DNA of 64,000 nucleotides from Candidatus Latescibacterota bacterium (GCA_965208125.1 OZ242320.1:5120001-5184000), one strand, 5' to 3'; shown: positions 48,987 through 58,849, counted from the stretch's first letter. Notes: generated by a model from the sequence alone, not told the origin. Made by a program: numbers and translations.

Positions 48987-49020
48987 TGAGAAATTTACTC
49001 AGCTTTGAGAAATAGGTCAA
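48987..49020 (-). promoter_or_regulatory. Toxin-antitoxin promoter with overlapping palindromic operator
   Basis: Minus strand TTGACC-17 bp-TAAATT; pseudo-palindrome TGAGAAATTTACTCA (48987-49001) covers the -10. Confidence 0.6.
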
Positions 49021-49030
49021 GGGTTTGCCT

Positions 49031-50197
49031 TTAACCCACCTGCTCTGCGCCATTGACCGCTGAACAAACGTAAATCTCAGGCGTCAAACCAGTTATCCTG
49101 GAATACCGATCATTTATCGCATCTGTCAGAGCTGAAACAGCATCTCGTTCAACGATATTCACAGTACACCCCCCAAACCCCGCGCCAGTCATCCGCGCGC
49201 CGAGCACCCCTGGCACATTTAGCGCGATTTCCACCAGCAGATCGAGTTCCTCCCCACTCACCTCGTAATCATCTCGCAAACTCTCGTGGGATGCGACCAT
49301 CAACTGTCCAAATCCCGATAAATCTCCTTGCTTGAGCAATACAACTGCCCGTTGCGTGCGTTCATTTTCAGTTATCACATGGCGACATCGCTTCAGCACG
49401 GATTCCGATAGCGCATCACCGTAAACATCCAGCATCTCCATCGACACATCGCGCAGTGCCCGTATATCTGCTCCCATCTCTCGTGCGAGAAGCGAGACCC
49501 CACTTTCACACGCGGCCCGCCGATCATTATATGCCGAATCCGTCAGCCCGCGCGTCACGCCCGAGTTACAAATCACAATTTGAACATCGTCGCCAAAAAG
49601 AGGGACAAGCTCAAACGAGAGATCGCGGCAATCGAGAAAAAGCGCGTGACCTGCCCGGCCATTTGCCGAGATAAACTGATCCATGATCCCACAATTGACA
49701 CCCACAAAATGATTTTCTGCGCGCTGTCCCAAAAGAGCCAGATCAGGCCCGCTTATTTCAATGCCATTTAACACAACCAGTCCCTTCCCCACCGCCATCT
49801 CCACAGCAGCCGAACTGCTCAATCCCGCCCCCATAGGTACATTGCCCACAATCGCCGCATCAAAACCACACAGCGAATGCCCGAGCTTTTGAAACTCGCG
49901 CACCACGCCCTTTGGATAATCCGCCCAATTGCCTTGCGCCTCCAATACACCATCGCTCTGGAACTCAGCCACCTCTTCGTGCATCGCCGAGTAAATCCGC
50001 ACCCGCGAATCAACTCTCGATCGCGCCGCAACAACCACCCAGCGATCAATCGCGGCGGGAAACACAAATCCCTCATTGTAATCCGTGTGTTCCCCAATCA
50101 AATTGACGCGCCCAGGTGCCTGCACGACGACATCCGCCTGCCCCTCAAAAACCGATGCAAAAGCGTCTCGCGCCTGTGCAATAATCGAATGCAACAT
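49031..50197 (-). CDS. galK: Galactokinase
   Basis: APGRVNLIGEHTDYN, GLSSSA, CGIMDQ, GARMTGAGFGG. Confidence 0.96.
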   Translation of the reverse strand: MLHSIIAQARDAFASVFEGQADVVVQAPGRVNLIGEHTDYNEGFVFPAAIDRWVVVAARSRVDSRVRIYSAMHEEVAEFQSDGVLEAQGNWADYPKGVVREFQKLGHSLCGFDAAIVGNVPMGAGLSSSAAVEMAVGKGLVVLNGIEISGPDLALLGQRAENHFVGVNCGIMDQFISANGRAGHALFLDCRDLSFELVPLFGDDVQIVICNSGVTRGLTDSAYNDRRAACESGVSLLAREMGADIRALRDVSMEMLDVYGDALSESVLKRCRHVITENERTQRAVVLLKQGDLSGFGQLMVASHESLRDDYEVSGEELDLLVEIALNVPGVLGARMTGAGFGGCTVNIVERDAVSALTDAINDRYSRITGLTPEIYVCSAVNGAEQVG

Positions 50198-50202
50198 TGA
50201 AA

Positions 50203-52359
50203 TTACCCCTTCTCGACTTTCCGCATCGCCCAACGAATCTCCTCTGCCGTCATATCCGGATCTGAGGGATTGATGAGATTGCCAAAAATATCTGCCCCTA
50301 CCACGTGCTTTCGCAAGCCAGGTCCCCGCAAAAGCGACGTAATGTGAATTTGCATGTGATAGCCGCGATCCACGCCATCTGTTGGTGCTTGCATCAATGC
50401 CAGAGTATAGTGATACGGCGCTCCAAACAACTCGTCTAACCCGCCGAGAACATCGCGCAACCCCACTGCCAAATCGCGCCGATCTTCCCTTTCCAAATCC
50501 AGCAAGCTCGCAACATGTGCCTTTGGCACAATGACCACATCATAGGGAAATTGCGCGGCAAACGGAACATAAGCCAGCACATGAGAGCGATCAACAATAA
50601 CTCGCCGGCCATCTCCGGCTTCCATGTGGTTAGCATCACACACAAAACAGCGCCCCGTTTTCTCGCGATAGGATTCAAACATAGCCAATTGCGGTTTCAC
50701 TATCAGATCGGGAATCTCGCGATACGCATAAACCTGTCCGTGAGGATGCGGTTGAGAATTGCCCATCACCGTGCCCCGGTTCTCAAAAATCAGCGGATAC
50801 ACAATATCAGACGCCTTCCCCAACCGATCGTAAATCTCCGCCCATGCGTCAATCACCTGAACGAACGCATCCAAAGACAGCGTTGATAAACGCTGGGCGT
50901 GATTCGGTGAATAGACCACCACTTCGCACACACCCCGAGATGTACGCGAGAGATATGGACCCAATTGTGCCTGCGTTTGATAGGCGTCCAATACCAGCGT
51001 GGGAAAATCATTCTCAAATGTCCACACACTCTTGTAATTGGGATTTACATCGCCCGTCGCGCGCGTATTTCCAGGGCAGAGATAGCATTCGGGATCATAA
51101 GCCTTATCATCTGCTCCCTCCATAAGCTGCGTTTCTCCGCGCCAGGGTCTGTCTGCGCGATGGGCGGCGATATTGACCCACCGATTCCAAAAAGGATTGA
51201 ATCGCTCCTCCTGCACAACTCGATACCCATGTGGATGGAGCCGATGCCAGTGCCAGGCGGATTCCAGCGTCTCGTATAGCGTTTCCTTCGCAGCCCATCC
51301 CATATCGCGCTGAATGCGACTCGCATCGGCAATAAGCGTTGCGGGATCGCCACTACGCCGCGGTCCTGCCTCTTCGGAAATCTCATGGCCGGTCACTTCA
51401 CGTGCAGCTTCCAGAATCTCCCGCACGCTCACGCCCTGCCCCCTGCCGAGATTGTACGTCGCAGACTGTCCCCCTGCCAACAACATATCCAGGCTCTTAA
51501 TATGTGCATCGGCCAATTCCATCACAGAAATATAATCTCGTACAGCCGTGCCATCGGGGGTTGCATAATCATCCCCAAATATGACTATCTTCTCGCGCTG
51601 CCCCAAAGCCACTTGCAAAACAATGGGGATCAAATGCGTCTCGGGATCGTGATCTTCACCAATCAACCGCGAAGGATCGGCACCTGCGGCATTAAAATAG
51701 CGGAGAACAACATATCTTCCACCAGCCTCTCGCTCGGCATGCAGCAACAGGCGTTCATCCATCATTTTCGTAATGCCATAAACATTCGTGGGAATTTTTA
51801 GCAGAGCAATATCTTCTTCGGAGAGTTTGAAAGCGATATGTTTTTTATACCATCTCAAAAGTGTCTCAAAATCCACTGCAGCGGGCATTAACTGACTTTT
51901 CTCAAAGCCGCCATCAGCGATCCATTTCTGCTGATAATTTTCCTTCAACGGAATGTGTTCTGCGCGGGGTTCGCCATACGTCGCCGCCGTAGATGATTTC
52001 ACAATGGGCAATCCCTTGCCCACATCCAACAAATTCTGAAAAGCAATCACATTATTTTCAAAATATCTGTACGGTATATCTTGAGATTCTCCTACCAGCG
52101 TCCGGGCGGCAAAATCGATAATACCACAAAAATCGTGATCATCAAAAACAGAAGCCAGAGCACTGTAATCGAGCAAATTGACATGCTCGAAACAAAATTG
52201 CTCTGGTCCATACACCCGTTCAAATAGAGTAACGACTTCCCGGTGTCCCGTTGACAGGTCATCCAGCACCACAACCCGGCGGTGACCTTCCAGCAAACGC
52301 CGAACCGCGTGACTGCCAATATAGCCTGCTCCACCTGTCACCAAAACAGCATCTACCAT
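50203..52359 (-). CDS. galE: UDP-glucose 4-epimerase / galactose-1-phosphate uridylyltransferase fusion (GalE-GalT)
   Basis: N-half TGGAGYIGSH, YGITK, LRYFNAAGA, RDYI; C-half RFNP...HRADRPW, CYLCPGN, FENDF, FENRG, HPHGQ; no stop between the halves. Confidence 0.9.
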   Translation of the reverse strand: MVDAVLVTGGAGYIGSHAVRRLLEGHRRVVVLDDLSTGHREVVTLFERVYGPEQFCFEHVNLLDYSALASVFDDHDFCGIIDFAARTLVGESQDIPYRYFENNVIAFQNLLDVGKGLPIVKSSTAATYGEPRAEHIPLKENYQQKWIADGGFEKSQLMPAAVDFETLLRWYKKHIAFKLSEEDIALLKIPTNVYGITKMMDERLLLHAEREAGGRYVVLRYFNAAGADPSRLIGEDHDPETHLIPIVLQVALGQREKIVIFGDDYATPDGTAVRDYISVMELADAHIKSLDMLLAGGQSATYNLGRGQGVSVREILEAAREVTGHEISEEAGPRRSGDPATLIADASRIQRDMGWAAKETLYETLESAWHWHRLHPHGYRVVQEERFNPFWNRWVNIAAHRADRPWRGETQLMEGADDKAYDPECYLCPGNTRATGDVNPNYKSVWTFENDFPTLVLDAYQTQAQLGPYLSRTSRGVCEVVVYSPNHAQRLSTLSLDAFVQVIDAWAEIYDRLGKASDIVYPLIFENRGTVMGNSQPHPHGQVYAYREIPDLIVKPQLAMFESYREKTGRCFVCDANHMEAGDGRRVIVDRSHVLAYVPFAAQFPYDVVIVPKAHVASLLDLEREDRRDLAVGLRDVLGGLDELFGAPYHYTLALMQAPTDGVDRGYHMQIHITSLLRGPGLRKHVVGADIFGNLINPSDPDMTAEEIRWAMRKVEKG

Positions 52360-52485
52360 ATCAGCTCCTATACAGAATGGTGTACCACGGAGAGAAAATT
52401 ATCACTTTGCACACAAATATACACATCGCACAAACAGACTGAACTATTTTTACAACGCGATATATACCTTGCATTTGTTTTGAAC

Positions 52486-52514
52486 TTGACATCTCGTCAT
52501 AAAGGTCTTATTTT
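52486..52514 (+). promoter_or_regulatory. greA promoter
   Basis: TTGACA-17 bp-TATTTT; a second extended -10 (TGTTATATT) at 52542-52550. Confidence 0.6.
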
Positions 52515-52558
52515 CCATATAGACAACAAGTTGCCCTTTTATGTTATATTGTGTGCAA

Positions 52559-52610
52559 AAAAGTCTATCTCGAAACCCAATATCGGCTTCCGAGATAGAC
52601 TTTTCGTTTC
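52559..52610 (+). terminator. Terminator-like hairpin in the greA leader
   Basis: Perfect 14-bp AAAAGTCTATCTCG / CGAGATAGACTTTT, then CGTTTC. Confidence 0.65.
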
Positions 52611-52623
52611 ATGGGATATTATT

Positions 52624-53097
52624 ATGAACCGCGTTTACCTAACCAAAAGCGGGTATGAGAAAATTCGAACTGAGTTGATCCGTCTGCAAACTAAAGAACG
52701 ACCAACTGTCATTGCGGCGATCAAAAAGGCACGCGAGTTTGGCGATTTGAGCGAAAATGCCGAATATCACGCAGCCAAAGAACGACAGGCATTCCTCGAA
52801 AAGAAAATTGTTGAATTACAAGAAAAACTCACGAACTCAGAAATTATCGACGAAAGCCAAATCCCCAAAGACAAAGCCTATCTGGGGGCGACGGTCAAAT
52901 TACAGGATAAAAAAAATGGCAGAGAAATGCAGTACACGCTGGTCACTGTAGATGAAGCCGATTTTGATCAAAATAAAATATCGACAGCATCTCCCATTGG
53001 CAAAGCTCTGTTGGGAAAACGCGTTGGCGAGGTCGTCGATGTACAGGTGCCCGTCGGCATACTCACTTACGAAATTCTCGATATCTCAAGAGATTGA
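52624..53097 (+). CDS. greA: Transcription elongation factor GreA
   Basis: FGDLSENAEYHAAKE, SPIGKALLGK; true start is ATG 52624. Confidence 0.96.
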   Translation: MNRVYLTKSGYEKIRTELIRLQTKERPTVIAAIKKAREFGDLSENAEYHAAKERQAFLEKKIVELQEKLTNSEIIDESQIPKDKAYLGATVKLQDKKNGREMQYTLVTVDEADFDQNKISTASPIGKALLGKRVGEVVDVQVPVGILTYEILDISRD

Positions 53098-53141
53098 GTT
53101 TTTTCTTTTTTACAAATTTTTTGTCTTTCAAATAACAAACA

Positions 53142-53177
53142 AAAAGGGCAAACCGACATCTGTCGATTTGCCCTTTT
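53142..53177. terminator. Bidirectional terminator between greA and rplQ
   Basis: AAAAGGGCAAA...TTTGCCCTTTT. Confidence 0.75.
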
Positions 53178-53192
53178 AAAATGCACAGAAGG

Positions 53193-53636
53193 TCAAGCGT
53201 CTTTCTTTTCCTCTACAACTTCCTCTTCTTCAGCAGAAGTGTCAGACCCGGTTTCCCCAACATCGGATTCGGTTATTGCATCATCGGCCACCAGTTCAAT
53301 CAAACACAACTCGCTGCTGTCACCTCGTCTGGAACCGAGCTTGAAAATGCGCGTATATCCGCCACTTCGATCGGCAAATGAGGGACCAATTTCTTCAAAT
53401 AACTTTGTGAGCACCACCTTATTCTGAATGCGTCGCAAGACTTGACGCCGCGCATGCAAGTCGCCACGCTTGGCAAAAGAGATCAATCGTTCGGCGACAC
53501 TGCGCAATTCTTTCGCCTTTGGCAGTGTAGTACGCAACTTGCCGTTGTCAAACAGAGATGTGGCCATATTGTTGAGCATGGCTTTTTTGTGGCTTGCCGT
53601 GCGACCCAGCTTTCTACCCCTTTTCCCGTGCCTCAT
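53193..53636 (-). CDS. rplQ: 50S ribosomal protein L17
   Basis: MRHGKRGRKLGR, GGYTRI; acidic tail. Confidence 0.97.
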   Translation of the reverse strand: MRHGKRGRKLGRTASHKKAMLNNMATSLFDNGKLRTTLPKAKELRSVAERLISFAKRGDLHARRQVLRRIQNKVVLTKLFEEIGPSFADRSGGYTRIFKLGSRRGDSSELCLIELVADDAITESDVGETGSDTSAEEEEVVEEKKDA

Positions 53637-53647
53637 TGGTTTCCTCG

Positions 53648-54664
53648 TTAAAATTCGTCGTCCAAAATCGAGACGTGTTCAGATTTGGCAGCGACTTCTT
53701 GATATTTGCTCACATCAATGCCAAATGCGATGCCCAAATTTTCGAGAATAGCTGTCAATTCATTAAGCGATTTGCGGCCAAAATTGCGGAATTTGAGCAT
53801 TTCATTTTCCGTTTTTTGAACGAGGTCTTCAAGTGTTATAATATTGGCTGCTTTTAGACAATTAGCCGACCGCACTGACAATTCCAGCTCATCTACAGGC
53901 ATCTTGAGCAGCGCTGCAATGCGGCGAGTTTCTTCATCGACAACTTCCTCTAATTCTTCTTCTGGCTCTTCTTCAAAGTTGATAAACAACTCGAGATGAT
54001 TTTTCAATATTCTCGCGGCATGAGCCACTGCATCATCGGGGCGCACAACGCTGTTTGTCCAAACAGCTAATGACAGTTTATCGTAATCGGTCTGCTGTCC
54101 CACTCGCGCATTATCGACTTCATAATGCACTTTGCGAATTGGAGAAAAAGCAGCATCCAACACAATGGTTCCCATGGGCTGCTCTATCTGCTTGTTCGCC
54201 TCTGCCAGCACATAGCCCCGGCCTTTTCCAACGGTGATTTCCATGTCGAGCACACCGTCTTTGTCGAGTGTTGCAATATGCAAATCGGGATTCATCACCT
54301 CGACATCAGCATCGACTTGCAGATCGCCAGCCTTGAGTTCTCCCGGTCCTTCTTTTTTTACATATAGTGACTTGTCTGCATCTGTATGCACGCGCAGACA
54401 AACTTCCTTGAGATTTAGAACGATTTCCGTCACATCTTCAACGATGCCCTCGACCACGGTAAATTCGTGCTGAATCCCTTCAATTTTTACGGCCTTAACA
54501 GCAGCCCCCTCAATGGAGGAAAGCAAAACACGGCGTAAAGCATTCCCAATCGTAGCCCCAAACCCGCGCTCAAGAGGTTGAACACTAAACAGGCCGTAAT
54601 TGTCACTCAGGCTTTCTTCATCGATCTGTACAAATCGAGGCATTTGAAAATTTTTCGCTTCCAT
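53648..54664 (-). CDS. rpoA: RNA polymerase alpha subunit
   Basis: PLERGFG, GNALRRVLLSS, ELSVRSANCL, RNFGRKS; start may be 54691. Confidence 0.97.
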   Translation of the reverse strand: MEAKNFQMPRFVQIDEESLSDNYGLFSVQPLERGFGATIGNALRRVLLSSIEGAAVKAVKIEGIQHEFTVVEGIVEDVTEIVLNLKEVCLRVHTDADKSLYVKKEGPGELKAGDLQVDADVEVMNPDLHIATLDKDGVLDMEITVGKGRGYVLAEANKQIEQPMGTIVLDAAFSPIRKVHYEVDNARVGQQTDYDKLSLAVWTNSVVRPDDAVAHAARILKNHLELFINFEEEPEEELEEVVDEETRRIAALLKMPVDELELSVRSANCLKAANIITLEDLVQKTENEMLKFRNFGRKSLNELTAILENLGIAFGIDVSKYQEVAAKSEHVSILDDEF

Positions 54665-54690
54665 AAACAAAAGCTCCTGGTGCGCGTCCA

Positions 54691-55320
54691 TTACTTGGAG
54701 TAAAGCTCAACAATGAGCTGCTCTTCAACAGGCGTCGGTATATCATCTCGCTTTGGATATTCTACAAGCGTACCACTCAAGTTCACTTTATCTACGGAAA
54801 GCCAGGACGATTGACCTCCATCACCTGTGCGCTTGAGTGCATCGTGAATAAGTTGCAATTGACGACTTTTTTCTCGCACCTGCACAGTATCTCCCGGCGA
54901 AACCTGGAATGAGGGAATATCCACGGTTCGTCCATTGACAGCAATGTGTCGATGTCTCACGAGTTGCCGCGCTGATTTTCGAGATGGCGCAAACCCCAAA
55001 CGATATATCATGTTGTCCAAGCGACATTCGAGCATTTGCAAAAGCAACTCACCCGTCACACCCTTTCTGCGAGCGGCTTTTGAATAATACGTGCGAAACT
55101 GGTTTTCCAGCACGCCGTAGATACGCTTTGTTTTTTGTTTTTCTCGGAGTTGAAGTGCGTATTCCGATGGCTTTCGACGCATGTTTTGTCCATGCATGCC
55201 GGGCGCATAACTTCGTCGGTCAAATGAACATTTATCCATGTAACACCGCGCACCTTTGAGAAACAATTTCATACCTTCTCGTCGGCACAATTTACAACTT
55301 GAGCCAGTGTATCTCGCCAT
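54691..55320 (-). CDS. rpsD: 30S ribosomal protein S4
   Basis: MARYTG..CKLCRREG, LECRLDN, VELYSK. Confidence 0.97.
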   Translation of the reverse strand: MARYTGSSCKLCRREGMKLFLKGARCYMDKCSFDRRSYAPGMHGQNMRRKPSEYALQLREKQKTKRIYGVLENQFRTYYSKAARRKGVTGELLLQMLECRLDNMIYRLGFAPSRKSARQLVRHRHIAVNGRTVDIPSFQVSPGDTVQVREKSRQLQLIHDALKRTGDGGQSSWLSVDKVNLSGTLVEYPKRDDIPTPVEEQLIVELYSK

Positions 55321-55343
55321 TCAATATCTCCCTGTTTTCTGTG

Positions 55344-55727
55344 TTAAACGCGACGTCGCTTAGGAGGGCGGCACCCATTGTGTGGAATTGGAGTAACATC
55401 TTTGATCGCTGAAATTTCCAATCCAGCTCCCTGCAGCGACCGCACGGCGGCTTCTCGCCCCACGCCAGGTCCTTTGACCCAGACTTCTACCCGACGCAAA
55501 CCCATTGCCATCGCCTCTCGCGCCGCATCCGTAGCAGCCAGCTGAGCGGCATAGGGTGTACTTTTTCTCGATCCCTTAAATCCCACTTTCCCCGTTGATG
55601 ACCAGGAAATAACTCTGCCTTCACGATCACTCAGGGTGACAATAGTATTGTTAAAACTGGCATTGACGTGTGCAACGCCATGAGCTTCAACGCGTCTATT
55701 CCGTCGTCTCCCTCTTCTGACTGCCAA
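55344..55727 (-). CDS. rpsK: 30S ribosomal protein S11
   Basis: [26 protein letters not shown]; TTG start after AAGGAGGAG. Confidence 0.96.
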   Translation of the reverse strand: MAVRRGRRRNRRVEAHGVAHVNASFNNTIVTLSDREGRVISWSSTGKVGFKGSRKSTPYAAQLAATDAAREAMAMGLRRVEVWVKGPGVGREAAVRSLQGAGLEISAIKDVTPIPHNGCRPPKRRRV

Positions 55728-55758
55728 ACGACTCCTCCTTTGATTGTCCTGCGTTTGG

Positions 55759-56133
55759 TTATACGGTTCGTCTTCGACTGCCAATACCGGGTTTCTTTCC
55801 CTTGCGCGTCCTGGCGTTGGTGCGCGTCCTCTGGCCTCTCACCGGTAATCCCCGACGCCATCGCAAACCGCGATAGCATCCAATATCCATCAATCGCTTG
55901 ATGTTCATTGCAACTTCACTCCGCAGGTTTCCTTCAACCTTGTATTCGCCTTCAACAACCGAGCGCAATTTGGTGACTTCCTCATCAGTCAAAGCATCTA
56001 CGCGCGTGTCAGGCGAAATCTGCGTTTGTGTCAAAATTTTTTGTGACGTACTCAAACCAATGCCCAAAATATATGTCAACGCAACTTCTACGCGCTTTTC
56101 TCTGGGAATATCTACACCTGCAATTCGGGCCAT
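55759..56133 (-). CDS. rpsM: 30S ribosomal protein S13
   Basis: [24 protein letters not shown]. Confidence 0.97.
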   Translation of the reverse strand: MARIAGVDIPREKRVEVALTYILGIGLSTSQKILTQTQISPDTRVDALTDEEVTKLRSVVEGEYKVEGNLRSEVAMNIKRLMDIGCYRGLRWRRGLPVRGQRTRTNARTRKGKKPGIGSRRRTV

Positions 56134-56154
56134 GTGATAGCGTCTCCTATGAGT

Positions 56155-56271
56155 TTATCCCTGTCGCTGTTTGTGTCGCGGGTTGACTTTGCAAATCACG
56201 CGCACAACACCGCGTCGGCGAATAATCTTGCAGTGATTGCAACGACGGCGAACAGATGATTGGACTTTCAT
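56155..56271 (-). CDS. rpmJ: 50S ribosomal protein L36
   Basis: Not in the ORF track; hand translation [38 protein letters not shown]. Confidence 0.96.
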   Translation of the reverse strand: MKVQSSVRRRCNHCKIIRRRGVVRVICKVNPRHKQRQG

Positions 56272-56298
56272 AAATAAATCTCCAGCATTTAGAATAAA

Positions 56299-57642
56299 TC
56301 AAGCTCGGCGCCCTCGAATGCGGCCTTTTTTCATAAACCCATCGTAGTGGCGCATCAACAAATGCGACTCAATCTGCTGTAAAGTGTCGAGCGCCACACC
56401 GACCATAATCAATAAACCCGTGCCGCCAAACACTTGTTCGAGGCCTGGATGAACCCCCATAGAATTAATAATAAAGTATGGGCCAACAGCTATTGCAGCT
56501 AAGAAAATCGCACCTGGCATGTTGATTCGCGTAAGCACCCGATCAATAAAGTCTGAGGTGCGTTTGCCCGGTCTGACGCCGGGAATAAATCCGCCTTGCC
56601 GTTTCATATTATCAGCCAGATCAATCGGATTAAACACAATAGCGGTATAAAAGTAAGCAAAGAAAATGACCAGCAATGAGTAAATCGACCAGTAGGGCAA
56701 TGACACCCAGGACATACTCGGCGTAAAAGCAGCCGCGAGATTTTGCATAAATTCATTATTAGGGGCAAATCCGGCCATTGTCGCAGGCAAAAACATAATG
56801 GCCTGAGCAAAAATAATAGGCATCACGCCAGAAGTATTGACTTTAAGCGGTATATGTGTGCTTTGCCCACCATATACCCGCCGCCCAACGACGCGTTTGG
56901 CGTATTGTACCGGAATTCTACGCGTACCCTGTGTGATGAGTACCACCAGGGCAGTCAATGCAACAACGATAACTAAAACAGCTATTTCAATCAAAATTGG
57001 TTTGTCATTGGTCACAAAATCCCGATATTCCTGCCGCACGACAAAGGGCAATGCCGCAATAATGCCAATAAAAATGAGTAGCGACATCCCATTGCCGATG
57101 CCGTGTGCATCAATCTGTTCGCCCAACCACATAATAAACACGGTTCCGGCAGTAATTGTCAATACGGTCAACAGACGGAAGCCCCATCCGGGATAGAGCA
57201 CGACCGAAAGGCCAGTTTCTGGCGACTGAAGGCTTTCCAGAAAAAAACTCACGCCCAGAGACTGTGCTGCAGCCAGTGCAACTGTGCCATACCGCGTATA
57301 TTGAATGATCTTTTTGCGCCCTGCTTCACCTTCCTTTTGCAACTTTTGGAGGGATGGCACCACAGCACCCATCAATTGAAAAATAATGGACGCACTAATA
57401 TAAGGCATAATACCCAGTGCAAATACCGTCGCACGGGTAAACGCCCCACCTACAAACATGTCGTAGAGGCCAAAGATCGTCTGGCTGGTGCCCGCAAAAA
57501 ATTCACCCAGGGCAACCCGGTCTATTCCGGGTATGGGAATCTGCCCGCCCAGGCGATAAATCGCCAGAATACCCAGCGTAAATAATACCTTATTTCGCAG
57601 TTCTGGAATCTTAAAAACGCTCTTGACGCTCTCGAGCAACAC
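56299..57642 (-). CDS. secY: Preprotein translocase SecY
   Basis: ALGIMPYISASI, GIGNG, FIPGVRPG, GGTGLLI. Confidence 0.97.
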   Translation of the reverse strand: MLLESVKSVFKIPELRNKVLFTLGILAIYRLGGQIPIPGIDRVALGEFFAGTSQTIFGLYDMFVGGAFTRATVFALGIMPYISASIIFQLMGAVVPSLQKLQKEGEAGRKKIIQYTRYGTVALAAAQSLGVSFFLESLQSPETGLSVVLYPGWGFRLLTVLTITAGTVFIMWLGEQIDAHGIGNGMSLLIFIGIIAALPFVVRQEYRDFVTNDKPILIEIAVLVIVVALTALVVLITQGTRRIPVQYAKRVVGRRVYGGQSTHIPLKVNTSGVMPIIFAQAIMFLPATMAGFAPNNEFMQNLAAAFTPSMSWVSLPYWSIYSLLVIFFAYFYTAIVFNPIDLADNMKRQGGFIPGVRPGKRTSDFIDRVLTRINMPGAIFLAAIAVGPYFIINSMGVHPGLEQVFGGTGLLIMVGVALDTLQQIESHLLMRHYDGFMKKGRIRGRRA

Positions 57643-57661
57643 CGCCTCCTCTCAGCCGTGC

Positions 57662-58126
57662 TCAGTCGGTTTTGGCCGCGCCACCGATGTTGGCCTCAAC
57701 TTGTCCCCCAGCTGCAAGAACTTTTTTTGCTGCTGCAGCTGATATCGCCTGAACCCGAATCTGTAATGGTGCAGAAATTTCGCCTCGCCCCAAAATTTTC
57801 ACAGGGCGTTTTGTAGAGGCAATCAAACCCGCAGTTTTGAGCACTTCAGGGGTAATCTCACCTGAAAGTTCTTTTTCCGCCAAATCGTCGAGATTTACGA
57901 CCTGATAGGTCACCCGAAAAGGATTGTTAAACCCAACTTTCGGCAAGCGCTGGTGCAGGGGCATTTGCCCTCCTTCAAACCAAACTTTGCGCTTGGATCC
58001 CGAGCGTGCTCGCTGTCCTTTGTGCCCTTTACCCGCTGTTTTACCCGTTCCGGAGCCAGGACCAATGCCCAAACGTTTCTTTTTAAAAGTTGCCCCTTTG
58101 GGCGGAGAGAGATTCCCAAGTTTCAT
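57662..58126 (-). CDS. rplO: 50S ribosomal protein L15
   Basis: GSGTGKTAGKGHKGQRAR, FEGGQMP; start MKLGNL at 58126. Confidence 0.96.
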   Translation of the reverse strand: MKLGNLSPPKGATFKKKRLGIGPGSGTGKTAGKGHKGQRARSGSKRKVWFEGGQMPLHQRLPKVGFNNPFRVTYQVVNLDDLAEKELSGEITPEVLKTAGLIASTKRPVKILGRGEISAPLQIRVQAISAAAAKKVLAAGGQVEANIGGAAKTD

Positions 58127-58142
58127 TCTCGCATCCCGCGTT

Positions 58143-58331
58143 TTATGTTTCTTCAACTTTGACCAGATGTGCAACAGTCGCCAACATGCCGCGCAATTGA
58201 GGAGAGTCAGCGTGTTCCACAGTATGCCGAATGCGGCGAATTCCCAACGCATCCAGAGTTTGTTGTTGTTTTTTTTGCCGCTTAATTGCACTGCGAATTT
58301 GTGTAATCCGCAGCGTTTTTTGCTCGCCCAT
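58143..58331 (-). CDS. rpmD: 50S ribosomal protein L30
   Basis: LRITQIRS, LDALGIRRI, RGML. Confidence 0.93.
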   Translation of the reverse strand: MGEQKTLRITQIRSAIKRQKKQQQTLDALGIRRIRHTVEHADSPQLRGMLATVAHLVKVEET

Positions 58332-58849
58332 CACTGCCCCCGTACAGAAACCAATTCGGATTCTTCTACACCGCGCAATAGTGCAAACATTCTCGCATCT
58401 TTCAATCGCGTTAATCCCTCCATCGCGGCTTTAACAGCATTCTGGGGGTTTTGCGAACCCAATGATTTTGTCAGCACATTTTGAACACCAGCCAGTTCCA
58501 AAACCGCACGCACACCGCCTCCTGCGATAATACCCGTGCCAGGTGCGGCCGGTTTGAGCAAAACCCGAGAAGCACCAAACTTTCCAATAATCTCGTGCGG
58601 CAATGTACCATCAACGACTGGCACGCGCACCAGATTCTTTTTGGCCTCGTCGGTAGCTTTGCGAATGGCTTCAGAGACTTCGCCTGCTTTCCCCATCCCA
58701 ATGCCCACAATGCCTTTTTTATCACCAATTACACAAAGCGCGTTAAAAGCAAAACGCCGTCCACCTTTGCGAACGTGAGAGACCCGCTTGATACTGTTGT
58801 TGATGACGATTTCCGTCAGATCTAAACCCGTGGCTTCAATTCTGCTCAA
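58331..58849 (-). CDS. rpsE: 30S ribosomal protein S5
   Basis: [22 protein letters not shown]. Confidence 0.97.
   Translation of the reverse strand: MSRIEATGLDLTEIVINNSIKRVSHVRKGGRRFAFNALCVIGDKKGIVGIGMGKAGEVSEAIRKATDEAKKNLVRVPVVDGTLPHEIIGKFGASRVLLKPAAPGTGIIAGGGVRAVLELAGVQNVLTKSLGSQNPQNAVKAAMEGLTRLKDARMFALLRGVEESELVSVRGQ

Noticed and set aside
51204-51213. AGGAGG at the GalE-GalT junction as an internal RBS for a separate galT
   Set aside because: It falls in the Gln-Glu-Glu codons with no suitably spaced in-frame start codon downstream, and galE has no stop codon.
52282-52623. 114-aa N-terminal extension of GreA in the ORF track
   Set aside because: It overlaps the galE start, promoters and a hairpin; GreA homology begins at ATG 52624.
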